Shown here: positions 13,020 through 24,114 of the stretch, in pieces
How the letters are laid out: each line of letters starts with the position of its first letter
Position numbering within the stretch: the stretch's first letter is position 1
Assembly: GCA_043228905.1 (NCBI GenBank)
Contig: JBHGNT010000007.1
Coordinates: 13,454,001-13,518,000 of the forward strand
DNA: 64,000 nt
Reading direction: 5' to 3'
Source of the DNA: Azolla caroliniana
Taxonomy: Eukaryota; Plantae; Polypodiophyta
Made by a program: the position numbers and the translations under genes
Notes under the pieces: model-generated
What the model saw: only the letters and a program-made list of their open reading frames with translations
The model's database searches: none
What the model was told of the DNA's origin: nothing

Positions 13020-13291
13020 TGTGCGGAATAACGCTTGGCTACAACCGAGACTCAAACACTTTATTAAAGAACAAAACAGAAATCGAGGTTTGTACACTTA
13101 CACATAGGAGACAACACAGGATGTTTACGTGGAAAGCCCTCATAGGGAAAAAAACCACGGGAGCCAACAGACTCCAACTATCACTATACGAGAAAGGAGG
13201 TCCAATAGGAGACTCAGAGGCAATGACCGCGAGCTCTGTATCTTCGCAAACCGGCAGCTTCACTTCTCTCTCTCTCTCTCTGTACTACTAT
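13020..13291 (-). repeat. Copia B 3' LTR, first segment (split by Copia A)
   Basis: Aligns to 40653-40921. Continues at 31021. Confidence 0.9.
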
Positions 13292-13697
13292 TGTTGACAA
13301 TCAAGCTCAACATAGTCTAGTGTGTGAACACACCCTTGAGAGTGTCCACTCAAAGGTCAAAAGTCACCACTCTTATCTACACATTAACTATGTGTCATAG
13401 AATCATATTCTATGACACATAACTAATGAGTTTTCACATTCCCCATGACCCATGAGCTTCAGTAGTTAATGAAGAGAGAGAGTGACTATATAAAGCACTC
13501 TCCTCTTACTTTGTAATTAGGTCGATTAATCTCCTTTGTAATATACATCTTCTTGAGTATTCTATCGTGGTTCAAATCTATCTATCTAGTGTTACTCTCT
13601 CTCTCTCTCATACACACACACACACACAAACACACACACCCACAACACATATCTCTAGTCTATTCCGCTGCACAAGAATCGCCATCGATTCTTTACA
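13292..13697 (+). repeat. Copia A 5' LTR
   Basis: Near-identical to 28010-28295 + 30912-31015. Followed directly by the Met PBS. Confidence 0.93.
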
Positions 13698-13855
13698 TGG
13701 TATCAGAGTGGTTTGGTAGCTCGATCTAGCCCATCCGCATGTGTTGTGCTCCACGCCAACGTTCAAGAAGAACCGGCTCATCGCTATCGTAGTGCATCTA
13801 CATAGCTCGTATTCAAGAGAGAAGAAGAAGAAGAAGAAAATCTACATTGAACACC

Positions 13856-14261
13856 ATGAATACTCAAATGGGGAGCGCTCTGCCTAGCGAGAAGTTGGAC
13901 CGAAACAACTTCGCATCTTGGGAGTACAAGCTGCACCAATACCTTGTCGGCCAAGGCTATTGGGGTTTCATCAAGGGAGCACAAGAAAACTGACCCGACC
14001 CAGAAGACACCGACTACTCAACATGGGAGCAAGTGGCGAGTCGAGTAATGTATTGCTTGGCGACATGTGTTCATGACCACATGCTCAGCTACATTCGAGA
14101 AGCCACGACGCCAAAGGAAGCATGGGAGAATCTAAGGAAGATATTCGCCGCCAATACAACGGCATGAAAACTTCAACTCCGCCAAGAGTTGAACAAGCTA
14201 CACCTTCAGGATAAAGGAGCTTTGTGACTCGCTCGGCTCAATAAGCGTCAATGTGGATGAT
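13856..14261 (+). pseudogene. gag: Copia A gag, 5' part (interrupted by G1)
   Basis: MNTQMGSALPSEKLDRNNFASWEYKLHQYLVGQGYW with in-frame stops, homologous to Copia C gag at 33096. Confidence 0.85.
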
Positions 14262-14680
14262 TGTTACCGGCCGGCAAGGAGTCCAAAATACGGAGTGAAG
14301 GAATTAATTAAGTATGGTTGTAAATAAGCATAGTGTGGACGGACGGACTGGAAACGGTATGTCGTTCCAGATCCGGACGGATCCCGAATAGGTGCGATAG
14401 GCACTGTTTTGTACTACGGGCCGGAAACCTATTTAAAGGCCCGGACCCCATTGTAATCGCAGCGGATAATTAATAGAGCGTATGGTGTTTATACTTCTGT
14501 GTTGATTTCCGTTATGTAATTACTGTTATATCTTACGCGTGTAATTAACAAAAGCGCTCTAATCGTGTAACCTACTTAAGTCGGTGTAATCGTTGAGTCA
14601 TAATCCTATGCCGTAATCACCCTTTGGTGAAGTGTCTCTGTGACACCTTGTGTTAGGCCTTGTCCGGTTAGAGAACAACA
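14262..14680 (+). repeat. G1 5' LTR
   Basis: TGTTACCGG...GAGAACAACA, repeated at 23691. Confidence 0.96.
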
Positions 14681-14686
14681 CAGTTT

Positions 14687-14696
14687 TGGCGACCAC
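14687..14696 (+). promoter_or_regulatory. G1 primer-binding site, tRNA-Arg type
   Basis: TGGCGACCAC 6 nt after the LTR, complementary to the ..GTGGTCGCCA end of plant tRNA-Arg(TCG) as recalled. Confidence 0.7.
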
Positions 14697-15033
14697 GATT
14701 CCTGCTTTCTCGCAATGAACGACGGCTTAATGGATGACTAGACCAACGCACGACCTGGTTACAGACCGAGCTCGACGCCTCGCCGAACGGCAAAGACGGC
14801 GTGAGACTTTCCAGCAAGCAGCGCACGAAATTCGCTCGGATCGTTCGTTCTCCAACGTGATCTAGAGAGTCGCGGAGGAATCTCTTCGGTTACAGCAAAC
14901 TCGCGACCAGGACGATGGAAGCAGTCTAAGTGGTCTCCGGGAAACCGAACGCCTCCTCGAGGCGCTGGCAAGCGGAGAAAACGAGGCAGAAGCCTTTTCA
15001 GCCTACGAATCGGATTCCGAAGGGGGATACAGC

Positions 15034-17145
15034 GTGCACACGAACTACCGGAGCAGCAACGATACCCCCGGCGGCCCGGAGGACGACGGGTCGGATACCG
15101 TGCCGACTCCAGAACCGGAACCGTTCGACCAGGGCTATCCGGAACCGCAAACGGAAGCCGTCAACCCACCAACACCGGAAGTGGAAGAAGCAAAGCCACC
15201 GACACCAACGAAAGAGCCGACGAAGGTACCGGAAGAAGAGCTGGTGAAGGAACCGAGAAAAGAATCGGAAAAAGAATCGGAAGTGGAACAGGAGAGAAAA
15301 CCGGAAAGATATCGACAAACGCCACTAAACCGCGGCCTAATACTGGACGACGACATGCCGTTCCAATACTCAAAGTATCGCGATGATCCGGACGCGGAAG
15401 CGCATGTTCATGCCTTCGAGCAGACATGGGAAGCAAATCACGCGTCCCAGCGATTGACACCGGAGGAAGAAGAACGCTCGAAGATAGCGGAATTCGGGGT
15501 CACGTTGGAAGGACCAGCGGCACGATGGCGGTGGACGCAGGACCCGGCGACCATCACAACCTTTGCAGAATTAAAAGCAAAATTCTTGCATTTTTTCCAC
15601 AAGGAGGTCGACTAGACGACAATGGTGGGCCTGTTTTATACGATCCGACAGGAGGCAGGGGAAAGCATTCCCCAATTCGTCATCCGTTTCCAACGAATGC
15701 ATAGCCAGCTTGCCCGTGCACCCCCGGAGGAGGAATTACGGACGATATTTTTAAACGCACTCCGGGAACCGTTACGCACGGTGTGTACGGTGATCGACTT
15801 TCGAGGAAGCACCATTGACCAGGTCATTGACCGGGTCAGAGAAATGGAAAAGTCAAGCTCATGGCTTACACTGGGAGCACTGCAACGGGCGTTACCCACC
15901 GATGAAGATCTCCGGTTCCGGCAGGCAATTCAATGCACAATCTGCTTGAATGCCGGACACTCGGCAGTGGAGTGCACCATGCGAATCCAGTGTGTGATTT
16001 GTCAATCCAAGAGTCATACAACGGACCGGTGCGAGTATAACCTGCTAAACCGACAAGCACCACCCGTCCGACGGATCGAGCCAAGAAGCAGCCGAGACGA
16101 AGATGAAGATCGTTGGCAAAGAATGAACCGGTACCGACCGGCACAGGATGTCCGGTACGGAGACAGACAAGAGAATGATGGCCGGTACGGGGATCGGCAT
16201 GATAACTACGACCGGTATGAGCGATCGGACCGTTATCAGGAGTCCAACAGACGACACGAGCAATACGATAGAGACCATTCCCCTGGTTACCGAAGGCACC
16301 AGGAGGACTACGGCCGATGTTACGATCCACCACGACAGGACTACCGAAATAAAAATAAGAATAATAAGAAACGTAATTTCAAGAAAGGTGGTCACCCTAG
16401 GGACCCGGAACATGGAACCCCAAGGAGCCAATCGGCACAGAACGCACCACTCACTACGGGACCGACTCCGGCTACCAGCAATGCTGAATCCAACAATACC
16501 CGTAAAGAGTACTGCTACTACTGCAGGCAGAAAGGCCACTACAGTAACCAGTGCCCGGCAAAGAGCTACGATAAACGACCAGCAGTTAATATGGTGGTTC
16601 CGGAAGTGGCGGATTTACAGCAAGTAACCACACGGTCGAAAGGCATGGCCAAAGAGTGGGAAACACAAGAGGCCATACGAAAACAGGCGACGGAATGGGT
16701 GAAGGAAGCCAATGAAAGGAACGTCGCGGACGCGGAACGGCAAAAGGCGAATACCATAGGGAGTGCCGGCGGTAGCCACGCAGAAAACGAGACATGGCAA
16801 GCACTGCAAGAATGTCAGATCACGTTGCCATTAGGAAGACTCTTGCAGCTCGTGCCGCGATTTACGGAAGGACTAAAAACGGTCATGACAGACGGAGTAG
16901 CCCCACCGGCACCAGTCCTCTTCTCGAATCCGGAGGAGGGACCGACGGTGGTGGACACTAGTAGTCCGGTGATTACAGCTATTGTCAAAGGGCACGAACT
17001 TCTCGGCACAGTAATCGATGGAGGTTCCGGGGTGAACATAATAAGCCTCCGCACGTGTGATGCCTTGGGTGTATACATGAATGGGAGCCATGTCCGTTCT
17101 GGCTACGGATGGTGGATACGAGCTCTGTACGGCCGACGGGCTTAA
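15034..17145 (+). pseudogene. gag: G1 gag and start of protease (premature TAG at 15613, frameshift near 17070)
   Basis: Retrotrans_gag core (AEFGVTLEGPAARW..ELKAKFL..IRQEAGESIPQFVIRF), CCHC-type knuckles (CTICLNAGHSAVEC, CYYCRQKGHYSNQC), protease IDGGSGVN. Confidence 0.88.
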
Positions 17146-20100
17146 TACGGAAATTGGAAGTCACCATAGGAGGTCACACATTTCACATCTCGGCTGTCGT
17201 GCTGCAGCTACAGGCGCAAGGCGCGTACCCACTGTTGCTGGGCAGACCATGGTTGAAAACAACACACATCAAGCAAAATTGGCGGAAAAATATGATTACC
17301 TTCCGGCGCGGAAAAGCCAAGGTCCGGGTACCGACACAACCACGGACGAGCAACGGTAAGGAATGCACACCGCTGTATGCGGAATGTGTGAACATGCTTG
17401 AAGGGTTAGCAGACGACGAAGAAGCCCAGTACTTGGAGGAACACCCGAAGATCGTACCACTCTTCGAGATTGACGTGGCTGAAGCCGTAGCACCATACTT
17501 GCCGCAACGGGACGACACCGAAGCCGAACCAGACAAAGATTCGATTTGGGAATTATGGCAAGCACAGGAAGCGTTGGAACGGGAAATGGCCATTTCCCAA
17601 CGGGTAAAAACATCCCAGCTCGACGAAGTGAACCTAGGAAGCAAGGACGAATCAAAGCCGGTACACATCGCCAAAGAGATGAAGCCGGAAGATAAAGCGG
17701 CGATGATCAAACTTCTCACGGAGTTTCGCGACGTATTCGCCTGGTCATACGAAGACATGCGAGGGCTGGACCCTCAATTATATCAGCATCAGATCCACTT
17801 AGGCAAGGACGCGAAACCAGTGGCGCAAAGACGTTACCGAATGAACCCCAACTATGCCGCCAAAGTGAAGGAGGAAATCGACAAACTCCTAAGAGTGGGC
17901 TTCATCCGGCCGGTAAAGAAAGCGACGTGGCTGAGCCCCATCGTCGTCGTCCCAAAGAAGAACGGTAAAATCCGCGTATGTGTAGATTACAGGAAACTAA
18001 ATGCAGCCACAATTACGGATGCATTCCCTCTTCCGTTCACGGATGGAGTACTGGATGCCGTCGCCGGCCATGAAGTTTATAGCTTTTTAGACGGGCAGCA
18101 GATACAATCAAATCCGGATGCACCCTGACGACCAGGAAAAGACAGCGTTCGTCACCGAATGGGGGGTGTTTGTTGCCGTAGTAATGATGTTCGGACTAAA
18201 AACGGCACCAGCAACGTTCCAGCGAATCATCATGGAGATCTTCGGCGAATACATTCCAGCCTTCATGCAGGTTTTCCTGGATGACTTTGCAGTCTATAGC
18301 CGGGAAAAAGACCATTTGCAGCACCTACGGTTATGCCTTGAAAAGTGTAGGTTATACCGGCTAAGCTTAAACCCAGTGAAATGCATCTTTGGGGTGTCAA
18401 GTGGAATCTTACTGGGACAAATTGTAAGTAAGGAGGGCATTGCGGTCGACCCGAACAAAGTAAACGCGATACTAGGGGCACCGGCGCCGAAAACGGCCAA
18501 AGCACTAAGCCGATTCTTAGGACAGATCCGGTGGCACAGCCGGATGCTTCGTCACTTGGCTGACTTGGCTACACCATTACACACCGCGGTACATCGGACA
18601 CCGTTCCAATGGACGGATACGGAGGATAAGGCATACAATGCCCTGAAGGTACTTTTGTCGCAAGCACCCGTCGTGCAGCCTCCGGATTGGAGCAAGGAAT
18701 TTCATGTGTTCGTTGACGCTTCCGACATCGCTATCGGCAGCGCCTTAATGCAACTTACGGAGCCCAAATGGTACCGGCCGGTATATTACGCCGGCCGGAA
18801 GCTGTCCCAAGCGGAGAAGAACTATTCGACTACGGAACGGGAGGCCCTGGGCATGATCTACAGTGTCACAAAGTTTCGTCATTACCTATTGGGAAGGAAG
18901 TTCTCCTTTCATGTGGATCACTCGGCGCTCCTGTACTTAGTGTCCAAGGCGTCCCTGACCGGTAAGTTGGCCCGTTGGACCTTGCTGTTGCAGGAGTTCG
19001 AATTCGAGATCTTCCACCGGCCCGGTATCCAGCATGCCGTAGCAGACTATCTGAGCCGGTTAGAGTCCGGAGAATCAGGCGACGGAGTATCGGATGAATT
19101 CCCGGACGCAGAGTTATTCCGTATCACCCCGGAAACGGCAGCGGACGACACAGTGGTATCAGAAGATAGGTGGCTGACAAACATGCATCAGTTCCTAAGC
19201 ACGGGCCTGCCACCGGAGGAAATGAACCGGGACGAGAGGAAACGACTGGCGGTGCAGAGCCGCAATTTCTGTCTGTTACGGGACACTCTCTACCACAAGG
19301 GAGCAGATGGAATATGGAGACGGGCAGTCCGTAGTGACGAGAAACAAGTAATCTTACGGGAAGCACACTGTGGGGTTGCCCGAGGACACTATGCCGGGGA
19401 AGCGACGGCAAGGAAAGTATGGCAGAGCGGCTTATGGTGGCCCACGATGTTAAAAGACGCCGTCAAGTATGCTAAGGAATGTGACCTATGCCAACGAATG
19501 GGCCAGCCTACGGAGCAAGCACGGATGCCACACCAACCGGTACTTCCACTAGAGCCATTCCAGAAGTGGGGGTTGGATTTTGTCGGACCGTTCAAGCCAC
19601 CGGAAATGAGAACGGGTAATCGTTATGTCATCGTGGCAACAGATTATTGCACTAAATGGGTGGAGGCTAAGGCCTTGAGAGACAACACCGCATCATCCAC
19701 AGCAAAATTCCTGTACGAGAACATTTGGTGCCGATATGGATGTCCGATTGAATTAATCAGCGACCAAGGAGGGCACTTTCTCGGCCAGGTAGTTGAAAGC
19801 TTAACAACGTTCTATGCCGTGGTCCATAAACGGAGCACACCGTACTACCCACAAGCAAACGGGTTAGCAGAGTCAACCAACAAAACGCTCCAGAACATTC
19901 TCCGCAAAATCGTCAATGAAAACCGGACGGACTGGGATACAAAGCTCCATAGCGCGCTATGGGCGTACCGAACGGCATACAAAACAAGTATCCGGACGAC
20001 GTCGTTCCGGTTAGCGTTCGGCTTAGAGGCGGTCATGCCGGTGGAATTTCAGGTACCAAGCTTACGGATCCAACTACGGGAACGGCTGAATGAAAAGGAG

Positions 20101-20592
20101 TCGGAGGAAATGCGGCTAGCAGCACTATGCGAACTGGAGGAGCAACGGCTTGCCAACATCCTACACATGGAACTGGAGCAACGACGACGGAAAGCGTTCG
20201 TTGACCGTCACCGGAAAGGTAATGAAAAGATGTTCGAAATCGGAAAGCCGGTGCTAGTATTCCAAACGAGGATGGGCAAGATGCCGGGTAAACTCCGGTT
20301 TAGATGGACATGCCCGTATTGGCTGACACGGGAATACAACGGGTCCTATCAGTTAGGGACACTTGCCGGTGAAGTGCTAGGCAAGTGGGTCAACGGATTT
20401 AGACTAAAGCCCTATAAAGGACCAATGCCAAGTAACCCGTTTATGCAGCCCACCGGCACTATACCGGGAACCTGTCCGGGAACGGTACGGATGGAAGAAA
20501 AAGACGACGGGCAACCCGTAGCAGAGGCGAAGGAAGACACGGCAACCCCTAAGGAAAACGGTAAGGGTCCGAAGGGACCTACGGATGTGTAA
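17109..20592 (+). pseudogene. pol: G1 pol (PR-RT-RNaseH-integrase), one frameshift near 18095
   Basis: [67 protein letters not shown]. Confidence 0.92.
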
Positions 20593-20968
20593 GATCACAT
20601 AGCGTCAATTTAAAAAAAAAAAAAAAAAAAAAAAAGAGAAATCATTAAAAATCAAGGTATGAACGGACGTGAAAGCAAGGAGCGAAAAGGTACGTAGTGG
20701 GCATTTAAGAGCCGCCACATTACTTAATACTAAATTGGTACACGACGTGCGCATGCTCGAAAAAGGCGCCAAGACGCACAGAGAAAAAGCAGAATGCATG
20801 GAGACCTTTTCATTTCGCGAGCCAGGAAGCAGAGAAGCACCAAGGCGGTTGAAGCTTATCAGACGCGAACCTGCACTCAGAGAACCCCCACGTTCGGAAC
20901 TCTCTCTCTCTCGCTCTCACTCTCATCACCACTCTACCTCGCCATCTTTCCTCGACCTCGAAGCAGAC

Positions 20969-23638
20969 ATGGACCCACAAACGCTGTCGGAAGCTGCCAG
21001 GAAATGGCTCAGACAACACGGACTGGATGGGTTCTTGACCATCATGGAGGCACCACCGCACAAAGAAGCCGACCGGGTCATCAAGGAGCTCGACACAGAA
21101 GTCATCACCGAGGAAGCGATCCGTGCGCTAACAGGCCTTCCGGAGGGAGGTATTTTTCAGATCGATAACCCAACCTCGGAGCAACTCATCCGATATTTCG
21201 GTGAGTACTCTCTAGCCGGCAAAGGCTATCGAACGCAGGGCGGCGAAGATCCGCTATTCAGGGAGATAGCTCGAGTGCTCCATGAGTACGGCCACGTGTA
21301 CCCCCGACCCCCTGTCATGCCAAAAAATCGAGCAGGGATGATCATAGCCACCTATGAAGGGATCAAGGTGGATTGGCCGGTGTTGAATGCAGACGGTTTG
21401 TGCGCGGCAATCGACACGGTACGAGGAAAGGACGGCAAGGAGGGCCGGAAGCTGTGGCATGCCGTAGCTCAGTGGATAACATTGCTCGCGCCGCCGGTCG
21501 AGACCGTTCAGCCAAAGAAGCGGCCAAGATTATCGGAAGGAAGCACCTCGAAGCCCGCGTCCAAACGACAGCAGCTGCTGGCGACGAAGGCGACGAAAGG
21601 GAAGAAACGGCTCCCAGAACCGGAGGAGGTGTCACCGGTCCGACCCGTTAAGATAACCATACAGCGACCGGGACAGAAGGAACCGGAACCCTTGACGGCA
21701 CAGATACATGCCGTTACCCAGGAAGAGGAAACGGAGGAGCCAGTAGAGCACCTCCAACGACGGTCAAGAAGTAGGACCGTCGGGACAGCGGGGGAGCGTT
21801 CAGACCCACAAAAGGAAGAAACACCCCCAACTCAACCTGAGCAAACCACAAGGGAGGAACCGGAACCGGTCCGTATAGAACCGGCCTTGTCGGCTTCTAT
21901 ACAAGAAGTCATTCCAACGGCTCCGGAGACGGCGAGAACCGGAACTCAACAGCCGGCGAGCCCAGACAGCACACACAGCGGCCAAGGAGTAGAACCAGAA
22001 CGGCAGATACGGGCACTCAGGCCAGACAATTCCATAGTGAACGAGCCGACCCGACCAGCACAGCAGCAAGGCACCAGTAGCATGTGGCTACGGTGGGTAG
22101 GCGAGCAGATCGCCGGAGCGGTCGAGTACATAGAGGCGGAGGAGAGAGCGCACCACGAACGGTTGCTCGTCACAACCGTAGATCTAGAGACGGCCCGGTC
22201 CAGAATCCGGAGCCTTGAACAAGACTTGGACAGGTTCACAAGGGAAATGGCTCAATTGGCTTTGAAAACACAAGTCCAAGCACCGGGGACTCCGGGCAAT
22301 GTACAGAATAAAGCGTCAGATCAACCTGTACATAGCAATCAGACCCCGGCAACGGAAACCGTTCCGGAGAGAAATGCGGCACAAGCCCAAGAGCTTGCGG
22401 ATTTAAAGGATGAGCTAACTGCCCAAGAAGCGCTGAGGAGCCGCGAAAGAGAGTTGAAGACGGCAGCGGAGGCAGAACTCAAAAAGACTACTGAGAATCT
22501 ACGCCGGGCCGAGGAGAGCTTACGAAAAGGCCACCAAGCGTACGACCGGCTCAAGGAGGAAAAGGAGAAAATGCTGCAAGAGAAGGACAGGCTCCGGAGG
22601 AATGCCGAAACAGAAGTAGAGCGCCTGAAAGAGGAACTCCGGCAACTAAAGGACCGGGAGGACCGGAACCATCGCCAGATCAACGGCAAGCTCAAACAAA
22701 AAACGGAGGAATTTGAGCACTTGCACCGGGAGTATAAACGGATGCAAACGGAGCACAAGGAACGGACGGATGAGCTCCGACAAGCAGTTGATCAGACCGC
22801 AACGGCATACGCTAATGAACAAGCGGAAACCAGAAGACGGTTGGAAGAGGCAGAGAAGGTTCGGACAGAGCTCCTCAGGCAACAGCAGGCGGAAAGAGAA
22901 AGAGCGGCGGCGGTACTGCAGAAGCTGCAAACAACATATCAAGGGCAGTTGACGCACTACAAAGAGCAGGCGGAGGATACGGCTAATCTCATCAAGCAGT
23001 TGAAGGAGGAACGACAAGTTGTGGAAAGTAGAGCGCAAATGGGAGCAAGTCGCATCCAGGATATCATGCGGGCCTGGTTGAACCAGAACAAGAGCTTGAT
23101 TGACAACTGTTCCGTCAAATGGTGGACCAAGTGGGCCCAGAATGCGGCGGAACTCCAATTGCTCTGGGCTGACGTAGAGAACCGGCGGAAGGAGGGGGAT
23201 GATTGCTATATGCTGACTTCCGAAGACTTCACCGGCATAAGAGATGAGCTGGCCGAAGACTTTCAAGCCTTGGCAGAGGACCAACTAGGGCAAGTCCGGC
23301 AACTTGTAGCTCAGCTGGATGACGACAGGCTGGAGGCGCAGATCCAGTTTGAAAGCTACGAGATGTCTCGGATCCGGGAAGAGAAAGCACGAGAACCGGT
23401 TACGGTCAACCTCAGTGATGAGGAACCGTTACTGGAAGGAGACCGGACTGGAAACAGTCAGACGGAGATGCCGGAGTCAGAGAAACAAACGGAGCAGCCG
23501 CCTATAGAGCAGCCGGAGCAGTCTCAGTCCCAACCGCAACCACAGCAGCAGCAGCAAGCACAGCCGCAACAACCACAACCGGAAGAACAATTGGAAACTC
23601 TGGAACAAAGTATTTTGGACAATTTGGGTGAACAATGA
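20969..23638 (+). CDS. G1 ORF3: intact extra ORF (N-terminal globular domain, P/E/T-rich linker, long coiled coil, Q/P tail), env-position protein of unknown function
   Basis: Open frame 20669-23638. ATG 20969 (MDPQTLSEAARKWLRQHGLDGFL) aligns with the G3 start MPLAASQETCSWLQQRGLGGYL at 52855. Confidence 0.85.
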   Translation: MDPQTLSEAARKWLRQHGLDGFLTIMEAPPHKEADRVIKELDTEVITEEAIRALTGLPEGGIFQIDNPTSEQLIRYFGEYSLAGKGYRTQGGEDPLFREIARVLHEYGHVYPRPPVMPKNRAGMIIATYEGIKVDWPVLNADGLCAAIDTVRGKDGKEGRKLWHAVAQWITLLAPPVETVQPKKRPRLSEGSTSKPASKRQQLLATKATKGKKRLPEPEEVSPVRPVKITIQRPGQKEPEPLTAQIHAVTQEEETEEPVEHLQRRSRSRTVGTAGERSDPQKEETPPTQPEQTTREEPEPVRIEPALSASIQEVIPTAPETARTGTQQPASPDSTHSGQGVEPERQIRALRPDNSIVNEPTRPAQQQGTSSMWLRWVGEQIAGAVEYIEAEERAHHERLLVTTVDLETARSRIRSLEQDLDRFTREMAQLALKTQVQAPGTPGNVQNKASDQPVHSNQTPATETVPERNAAQAQELADLKDELTAQEALRSRERELKTAAEAELKKTTENLRRAEESLRKGHQAYDRLKEEKEKMLQEKDRLRRNAETEVERLKEELRQLKDREDRNHRQINGKLKQKTEEFEHLHREYKRMQTEHKERTDELRQAVDQTATAYANEQAETRRRLEEAEKVRTELLRQQQAERERAAAVLQKLQTTYQGQLTHYKEQAEDTANLIKQLKEERQVVESRAQMGASRIQDIMRAWLNQNKSLIDNCSVKWWTKWAQNAAELQLLWADVENRRKEGDDCYMLTSEDFTGIRDELAEDFQALAEDQLGQVRQLVAQLDDDRLEAQIQFESYEMSRIREEKAREPVTVNLSDEEPLLEGDRTGNSQTEMPESEKQTEQPPIEQPEQSQSQPQPQQQQQAQPQQPQPEEQLETLEQSILDNLGEQ

Positions 23639-23648
23639 AGGGGCCGAG

Positions 23649-23688
23649 AAGGGTTCGACGTACAAGGTACTGTCCCACGGGCGTGCCA
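23649..23688 (+). other. tRNA-Arg 3'-end-like element at the PPT position of G1 (inverted second PBS)
   Basis: GGGTTCGA-cgtacaaggtact-GTCCCACGGGCGTGCCA-tg-LTR. Reverse complement next to the LTR reads TGGCACGCCCGTGGGAC. Confidence 0.8.
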
Positions 23689-23690
23689 TG

Positions 23691-24109
23691 TGTTACCGGC
23701 CGGCAAGGAGTCCAAAATACGGAGTGAAGGAATTAATTAAGTATGGTTGTAAATAAGCATAGTGTGGACGGACGGACTGGAAACGGTATGCCGTTCCAGA
23801 TCCGGACGGATCCCGAATAGGTGCGATAGGCACCGTTTTGTACTACGGGCCGGAAACCTATTTAAAGGCCCGGACCCCATTGTAATCGCAGCGGATAATT
23901 AATAGAGCGTATGGTGTTTATACTTCTGTGTTGATTTCCGTTATGTAATTACTGTTATATCTTACGCGTGTAATTAACAAAAGCGCTCTAATCGTGTAAC
24001 CTACTTAAGTCGGTGTAATCGTTGAGTCATAATCCTATGCCGTAATCACCCTTTGGTGAAGTGTCTCCGTGACACCTTGTGTTAGGCCTTGTCCGGTCAG
24101 AGAACAACA
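23691..24109 (+). repeat. G1 3' LTR
   Basis: Copy of 14262-14680. Confidence 0.96.
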
Positions 24110-24114
24110 ATGAT

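Larger units (their letters stand above)
14262..24109 (+). mobile_element. Gypsy G1, young full-length non-chromovirus Ty3/Gypsy element with extra 3' ORF
   Basis: 419-bp LTRs (14262-14680, 23691-24109) with 4 differences seen. TSD ATGAT (14257-14261, 24110-24114). PBS TGGCGACCAC at 14687. Domain order gag-PR-RT-RH-INT-ORF3, no chromodomain. Confidence 0.96.

Noticed and set aside
20611-20636. Long poly(A) run as a LINE/SINE or retrocopy tail
   Set aside because: No TSD or element body. It lies in the pol-ORF3 spacer of G1.
23649-23688. Functional tRNA gene
   Set aside because: Only the T-arm and 3' acceptor strand are present. There is no D-arm, anticodon arm or 5' acceptor strand.
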